A stretch of DNA of 64,000 nucleotides from Antedon mediterranea. Its lineage: Eukaryota > Animalia > Echinodermata. The stretch is from the NCBI RefSeq assembly GCF_964355755.1, contig NC_092674.1, positions 10,168,001 through 10,232,000 on the forward strand, written 5' to 3'. Made by a program: the position numbers and the translations under genes. How positions within the stretch are numbered: position 1 is the first letter of the stretch; every line of letters begins with the position of its first letter. Below are positions 12,901-21,900 of the stretch, piece after piece. A model generated the notes under the pieces. The model did not search any database, had not been told where the DNA came from, and saw only the letters and a program-made list of their open reading frames with translations.

Positions 12901-15900
12901 CTCTACCTATTCAGTGCATTTTGTGCCTCTTGCAATTGTGGACAGATACTTTTTGACTGGAAATTTTTATTTATGCATGCTTCTATATATAAATTTACGT
13001 ATTGGGCAAAATTCGGTAAATCGCACGTTATTTCGAGAATGTTTTACTCGATGGTATATAAAGTTGGTTAGAATCTCGGTACTGATTTAAACCACCTGAT
13101 GTAACCCTGTTTACTAATTAAATTGAGTTCGATAATTTGTTATTGACAATTAAAACGAATTTAGGTTCAACGATTTTCCCCCAATAGGGGTGTTTTTCGA
13201 TCGTGGTATACACTGTCTAATGGATGTCCATCTTGAAAAATACCTGCACACAATAATACGAGGATACTTCACATTTTCCTATCTCCTCCTACGATAATTG
13301 TTTTTAATGGCTGAAAACCGGTTGAACAGCTCGAGTACAGCATCATAATGTTGAAGACAGGCCGATTTTCTTTAAAAAATACTATTTTGATAAATTTAAT
13401 ATACGTTTATACAAATGTATTGACTTGCGATGAATGGAACATTCCAATCTCTGTTCCACAATTCAAGTGTCTATTCCCTCAGGCGTCGTAAAGGCAAGTA
13501 CTGTATACTCATAACAGAAATTTGATCCATTTTTTTTTCAATCTGTACTGCAGAGGTTGGATATAGATTTTTTTTAAACGGATAATGAACTAGTGTTTTC
13601 AGTCGCCGCATATTATGTACAAATCTTTATTATTGCAGTTAAACCACCCACATCATCACCCTTCCCTCACTGGCATGAGTAGCGTTGTAAAGCCAGTAGA
13701 GGATAGGCCTACGGTGCATCACATGCCCTAAACGCAGAACAACTTTGGTGGGTAGGGTAGGAACCAACTTAAAGTATGAATTGGCTCTAAGAAACAATTG
13801 AAAACCATTAGGCCTACTAATTAAGTTGAGTAGATAATTTAATATTTATTGACGATTAAATCGAATTTATGATTTGCCCCGAATAGAGGTGGTTTTCACA
13901 AATTGTTTTACATATATAAACATATCCACGTCGTAGTGATGTATCGTTACAATCCATGTACTGTACAGTTTCAATCGACTAGGACGGTGATAGTTTCAAC
14001 AAAGTATTACATCGCAATGTTTTACTGTGTTTAGTGGTATATTATTTGTAAAACATGAAAACAATTTTAATTAACGAAATATTAAAATATTTCGTTACTA
14101 AATGGATAAAGAATATATTTAAAAATTTTTCTTCTTTGCACCCATCCTCTTCCCCATCCCTCAACCCTTATTAAGTTTGTTTAAATTTGACTTAAACAAT
14201 TGCTCTCATTTTGTGATAAGTTTCTCCCTCGAAAGTAATTCCCAGGGTGCTAATTTTAGTTGACTACATAAATCATTGTGTCTATTTATTCGTTTCTGTA
14301 AACGACAATGTATTGTAGTTCTGCGGTACGTACATTTGAAATCGCCAGTTTTGTTACGCTGAAATTACTGTGTATTCGAGAACCATCTGTGGGCACAACC
14401 TAGATGGTACGCGAGCGAAGCGAGCGTACCATCTAGTTTGTATAATTTACCTTTCATAAGTTTGCTATAGTGAGTATTTGTATGCGATTGTAACTATTGT
14501 TTTATAGCTGCACTGTGCTTTTTTATTTTTATTAAATTTTATTTTATGTCTTTTGGCACATGTGGCCAAGAATTGCCAATAGCGAATTAATCACTGTCCT
14601 ATCAGGTGGTAATGATACGGGGGATATTTTGTAAACCGTTTCACCAGGTTAACCCCCTACTTGTCTTGAATGATGAACTGGTTTCTTTAAAGTGCACATG
14701 GGTACACTACGATTTATAGTCCTTATCCGAGAAGACCCATGCCAATACTGTTGGCTCTTTAGGTAGGTAACCAGCACACACTTGGCCATTTTTAACATAT
14801 TTGGTTAAGAAAATTAATAACAATTTTATAAAATATATATCTACCTCTGCCTCTTGCTCTAACTTGCCCTGGGCAACCATTTGACGTGATTTCCCGTCAG
14901 TGAGATTTTGTAAATATGTTGTCTGTCTACTCATTCTCTTTTCACTCTGAAAGCAAAAACAAAATTGAAAATAAACATTCAAAATTATGGTCATAACAAA
15001 GAATTATTGTAAAGCTCTAAAGCTCTGCCTACACTAGTTTGACCAAAAAAGTGTAATGTGCCCAAATATGGTAGTGATATGCCCAAATATGGTAGTCATC
15101 ATGTCCATATATGGGCACATCACAGTTTTTTTGTCACATAAAGTTTGATTGTATAGACAGAGCTTAAGAAGCATTGTAGAAAGACACAAAGAAGCTTTGG
15201 ATTTGCAACAAACGGTGACTAAACTACGTCATGTTACAGTAGTTCATTGTGCGCAGGCAGGAATAACGGGACTAAGTCCTCTCTCTCCACCTCGACAAAG
15301 GTTTGATGGTTCCTAGATCCAGACGAAGAATGACGACACATCAATTGGCCTGATTTAAGTTGATCGTCAGTCATCACTAATCACAAGCTCTCTATTATGG
15401 AATTTGGGTTACACCTCACAAGAAAATTTGTATTATGAATCTAGAGGAATCTGACTCTTGAAACATGAACTTTGCAGATGCTTATTTTTCTTTCATAATT
15501 AGTCATATCATATTTTAGGACCAGGCCTTACCTGCTTTAGGCTTTCAGCTTTTTCAACGACTTTAGATTTGTGTTCTCGAATCATTGCTTTTAATTCTTC
15601 CGTTGTCACTATAAAAATAAATACTCCATTTTATCTAAAAATTACTCTGCAAAGACTTACTAATGGAGAGGGTGTCAGCCATGAAGCAGCTATGTATTAT
15701 AACACCACTGCCTTAAGCATTCAACCATCAACCTTACAGTTCTTTTAATGGCAAGGGACCTACAACCCAAAGCACTATAAATTTTCTTTTTCGTCGATAG
15801 CAATTGGAATGCCTCAAAGGAATCCTAGATACATTTTTATGTGTATTTGCTAAAACTTGCTAAAAGACATGTAATAAAATATTCATGAACAAATTTACAT

Positions 15901-18900
15901 AAGTTACTCTTAAAATGGTGTTCTACAGATGCTGATAGTGATGCACATTTTAACTTACTACAGTATCTCTACAACTTATAACTTACCGTCGAAAATCTCC
16001 TCCAAACTTTCTTCTATTTCTCTTCGACTTCTTACAATATGTTCTTTGTCGCTTTTCAGTTTTGCTAACAAATTAAAATATATTAATTATACCAATAAAT
16101 TACAATACTGTGGATTAAAGATGAATTGAAATATAATTTAGAAACGTACAGTAATATTTTATACAGTAGAGCCCTTAAGAGGGCACTTTCGGGACCCAAA
16201 AAGTGTCCCCTTACTAGGAGTGTCTTCTAAGCAGGGGTTAGTTGTTAAAAAATGATAAGTGTTCCTTTAATAGAAGTACACCTTGCATATAAAAAGGGTT
16301 AGGTTGGATACTCCTAGTTCATATCATGAGAAAGTGTCCCCTTAATAGAGGTGCCAGAATAGGGATGTTGAAAAAGAAAGGCTCTACTGTACCTGTGATT
16401 CTTTAGACTGAAAGCCTGATTGGCTAAAATATAAAGTATACTCACCAACTTTGCTTTCCAGGTTGGCTATATCACCTTGTTTACTGATAATCATTTTCTG
16501 TCTTTCCTAGATGATTTTATTACAATAAATAAATGATGAAATGAATTTAAAATAGTAAACAATTAGATTTACTAAAAATGATTGACTTTAATATTTAATA
16601 GAGTCTAATACAAACATTTCACATCGCTATACTTTGTATATATTTTGTGCTTTATACAGTAGTAGTACGAAATCTCTGTGGACTCGATGTTACACCTACA
16701 ACTTTCAATTCAAGGGTGTTGAGTTGCTTTCAAACGGTGCTCATTTGTTCATGACGACGACGGCAGTGATGAAACCCCTTTTCTTCCGAAAGATAGTTTC
16801 TTTAAAGTGCACAGTCATATATACAATGAACAGTTTAAGTCTTATAGAAGAAGATTTGAATCTATTTTAAAAATTGTAATTGGTTATATACAATAATAAA
16901 ATGTAAAATTATATATTATATAGGAAGTATCAATTCCATTTTTGTTAATGATATTTCATTTGTATTACCTCAATAGGTGTCAACTTATTAGCAATCTGGG
17001 TAACTGTGTCCTTTGACACCTCCATCCGTGTGTTCATGTCTTCAAGGTCTTTTTCCAGCTAAAAAGAAACATAAAAAATTCCAGTTCCTTTAAATGGTTT
17101 AGAGTGTGCCTAACCTACAAACTGCCATATAGATTAAGTTGTATTCCATCACAATGCTACAGTCACTACAATATATATGTGGCAATGTGTAGACCTTCCC
17201 AACATAATTGAGTAGGTACAGTACCATGATTCATCATCTCACAAAGACGCTCATAGCTTGGTTCTCACTAGTGAAGCAACGTAACACAACCTACGTAAAT
17301 CCCCTTCCAATAATTGTGCTCGCCCCCACCTGCGTAAAATCAAACCTGCGATGTTTGCAGCACTGTCGCGTCGTCAGTTTCCACTTGTGATTATGCAATA
17401 CATCACTTGGCATCAATACTTTGCTTTGCGTCGCTAGTGGGAACCACGCTGTAACTGTGTTTCTCCACCTAGATTGATTAGCCTATTATATACCCAATTG
17501 GTAACAGTCAATTATTTAAATTTAATCGGTATAAATTTTTTTTTATTTTAAGTTAACCTACTTGAACTGATCTGTCCTTGTTCTCTTTTAGATACTTTAA
17601 TTCTGCTTTGAATTGTTTCACATCATCTGACTGTAAAATACAAATATTAATATTCAAATAACATGGTAGGATTCCTGCTTCATGCATTAGGCTTTAGTAC
17701 TTCATTTTACAATTTTAGAAATCAGTGCTTGCAGAATCAGTTGCCCGAGGTGCCATGGCAACCAAAAATGATGGTGGGCAAATAAACTTTAAAACATCCA
17801 TCCAGACATTTTTTTTAATACGAATCATACTAGTTTAAGGTGAAGAAATTTGGGTTATTTGCATACGTTGAGTGTGGTTTGGCAAAATCGTCTGAAATAA
17901 TTTTTGTCATTCAGATTTTAATTTTGCATTTTAACCTTTCTTGTGTGTATGGTTGTTGTGGCTTATTTTTTTTAGGATTCTTGGGTGGGCTTCCTTTCGA
18001 AATAAATGCTGTAAATTGTTTGTACTGCTATTGCAATAATGTAAGTTTCTGACATTCCCTGCCAAATACTTGCCAAGGAAGCAGACAAGAAGATACAAGA
18101 TACAATCAAAGTACCATTTGGAAAGCAGTACATTGTACAATAAATAGGCTTGATTGTGTAGGGTTGTAAGGTACTTAATATATTGATATAATATGAAAAA
18201 CAGGATAATACACATTTCTATTCCATTCACGTTCAAATACAGTCTATCTCGAAAGGAAGGCCATACAATATAAAAAATAAGCCCAATTTGAGATGGGGTT
18301 CTTTTTTAGATTACTTTGCAAACCAAAGAAGGGGGATTTTTTCCGGGATGGGCATCTTCTCAAAAAGACTCCATTTTATGGTATGTATTTTTAGTATAGT
18401 GAATTTCAATTAAACTGTATACTTACTTGACTCTTCTGGACTTTTTTAATGCTGTCCAGAGCCTTGATGTACCTAGTTGCTGCGAAAATCTCATCAAACT
18501 TTGTCTTCACAACCTTTCCCTCACCAAGAGGCCTAACATAAAATAACATTCAGAAAATCAATGCAAAAATCAAGTATTATGGTATACAAATAATATACTG
18601 AAGGCACTCAGAAACTGAGTGAAGTACTTGGATAAATATATCAGGGAAAACATTATTCAAAGAGAGAGGCTCACTACTTGATATTTTGGTCCATGTTAAA
18701 AAAATACAGAGGGTGTGCTATTTCATATCTCGTATGTGACGTGACCAATATATGAATTTCCATAAAATCAATAGGCATGTTCTGTGTATACCTATTAACA
18801 CCCAAAAATTCAGGACAATAACTTAAAAATTGTGGAAATCATGCTAACAAACAAAGCAAGTACTTATACTTTTTTTTTCAAGTAATATAATGTTTATGAG

Positions 18901-21900
18901 TTGAATATGGAGAATATTTTAATGAGATTGTATCCACTGATTTGAATAGGACAGTTTAAGGCTTTCAACAAATGGCACTAGAATATATGACTGTGCAATG
19001 CCAGCTGAAACCAAACCATAAAAAATAAACAAATAATTAGCTTTTTCTTTTTCTTAAAAACTGACAAGCAAAAAAGGGTTATTTGGGAACTTTCCACACA
19101 ACATGTGACATTAGTGGCATACAAACCAATTATTATCACGAACCAATGCATTTGTTACCAAATCACAAACAGGGACATTGCGAGTTGTAAAAACAAGTTT
19201 GTGGCTCAGTGTATTAGGCACTGGACTCGATTTTTACGCTCGTCGCATTGCTTGTGTCCTTAGGCAAGACATTTTCCTTATGTTTGCCTCTCATCCCGGT
19301 GTACAAAATGGATACATGATATGTGTTTGATCAAAAAAAGGCCGGAGTAATAACGTGAACTGCTTAGAGGCTTTAGGCATTGAGCGCTGTATAAGAATGA
19401 TATTATTATTTTAAAGATACTTACCAATTAGAGTCTTCTTGATGACAAAATATAACGTTGTTAAGAACTGCTTTGGACACTCCTAAAGACCTTTCCATCT
19501 GGTAATGGGAAACCAAATAATTTCCATAAACATTTAATTAAACGTATGCAAACCTTTCTGTTAATTTACATAATTTTACTTAGTTAATAGTATGATTTAC
19601 TAATTCAAATAATCATAAGACGTTAATTTGCATAAACAAATTTAAATCATTCTATCAAGGTCTCTGTTAATTTACATAAACACTTTAAATAATAATTTGA
19701 ATAAACGAATCTAAATTATCCTATGCCAACAGGCTTTAATTAATTTAAATAATCCTAAGATGTTAATTTGCATAAACAAATTTAAATAGTCATTTTCTGT
19801 GAATTTGCAAAAATAAATAAATAATCCTACTATACACCAACCTCTCTGTTGAGTTCAAGACACTTTGAACTTGTGCTTATTCTCTGAAATGAAGATAAAT
19901 TGATTAAAGCGTATACTGTTATACTATCCCACTGAGGGCGCTGTTCAATGGTACCACATTAAGGGTGTATTTGTAAATGCTTTTATGTAGTTTGTTGGGG
20001 TTTTTTTTTTGCATTTCACCATGTAATTCAGTCAATTAGCTACAAATTGGTAGTTTGTATATTCTTATATATTTTTTAGGCACATGTGGGCAAGGATTAA
20101 TCCTCCAGATACAGGGGCTATTTTGTGAACCGGGGTAACTCCCTACTTGTCTCGAATGATGAACTTGGTACTTTAAAATGTGTACACCAGACCTACAGAT
20201 TATAGTCCTTATCCGAGAAGACTTGTTCCACCAGAACTAGGAGCGAGTCGGCATCGAACCGGGTCAATAGTGTTGCCTCTTTAGGAAGCACTGTCTTAAG
20301 TGCTAAGCCATTTGACACTCTCACTTTATAATGAATACAGTATACAATTGCTTGCTAGAGATTCAATCATGAATTAGCCTTACTTGTCCATGTTTGGTGA
20401 ATCTAAATATGGTACCTTCAACCGTTTTGAACTCAACTTTGTTTGGCTGCAAAATTAATTGGTTCAAAAGTAATAAATAAATAATAATAATAAATATAGC
20501 ATGAGAAATTGAGGTGAGCTATTTTTTTCTATGCTTCAAACTTGCATCAAATTTTTACTAAATGAATGTTGTTTTGAGAGCAATTAAAGACAAACCTATA
20601 TATTTTATTTCAAAATGTTGCTATAATTGACCAGATCATTAAGCAATGCTTTGACAGGTTGTGTTCTGGATAGGAGACCGTCTGGGAATCACGTTGGGTG
20701 CTGTATATACCGCTACTCTACTCAGTCATAAACAGTGTGTGTACATGTGCATTATGCATGTATTTTGTACATAAAGTAACTGTTATACCTGTGGGCTAGC
20801 AGCGGTGGTCGCAGGACTACTTGAATGGGGTTGCCCAAAGAGTCCAGATACAGTAAGTGCTAACTGCCGATACATTGTGCACGGTATTGGTGTGACTCTA
20901 GTGGTTAAATTTTACGATGCACTTACAAATATTCTCTTCCAGTCTTGGACTTCTATTTTATTTATTTTTATTACATTTATAGAGGGTGACCCTAAACAGC
21001 GTATGCTGACAATCAAGGGGCCCTCTTGATTAGTGACAGTGTGTATAACCTTATGTGGATATTGTATACGATGAAATGGGATCTAAATTCCAATTTAGTG
21101 GCAGAAAAAAACATTTAGTATAAAATTAAGCGTGTTGCTCGGGCCACTAGGGCAACATCCCTGCATCCGCCCCTGGCTAGATATACAATTGAATATTTGA
21201 GTGCTGGTTATTCCCCTTTTTTTCCACATTTTTTGCTACATCCTTACCTTCTGTGTAGCAATCATGTTTCGTGTCACAACCATTGGTTTATTAGCAATAT
21301 CATTGATTCTTATCTTCACTTGTCCTTTCACTTCCAATTCATCTGCCACCTGCATGTAAATAAGTTGCTTTAAATATTAAGTAAATTTAGTTTGCATACA
21401 CGATGCTACACAAAGGTCACTAGTAAGTGAAATCAGTAAGCAGCCAGTCGAATAAGTCCCACATTTGAGTAAGTGCCACAGTCGAGTAAGTGCCACAGTC
21501 AAATACATCTCACAGTTGTGCAAGTCCCACAGTCGAACAAGTCCCACAATCGAGTAAGTGCCCAGTCAAATAAGTGCCACAGTCGAATAAGTGTCACTAG
21601 TGCCACAGTTGATTAAGTGCCACAATTGATTAAGTGCCATTCAGTCAAGTACTGTTTTCAAATAAGAAAAACTTGAAACACAACAATAGCCAGTATTATA
21701 GCAGCTCTTGAAGGATCATATTGTAATGTATAGCTGTTTCTGTGAATATATACCTTTGGATCATGTACAAAGGCGCTTCCCTTCACACCTGGTGGCATAT
21801 CTCCTGTTGCAGCATATCTTAGACTTTCAATAATGGTCTAATAAAAAAAGAAAAACACATTTTACTGTACAAAATATCCTAAATAATAAATTACATTAAA

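Noticed and set aside
20628-20710. Functional 5S rRNA gene (also 39810-39913)
   Set aside because: Truncated or heavily diverged and fused to non-5S bodies; treated as SINE heads
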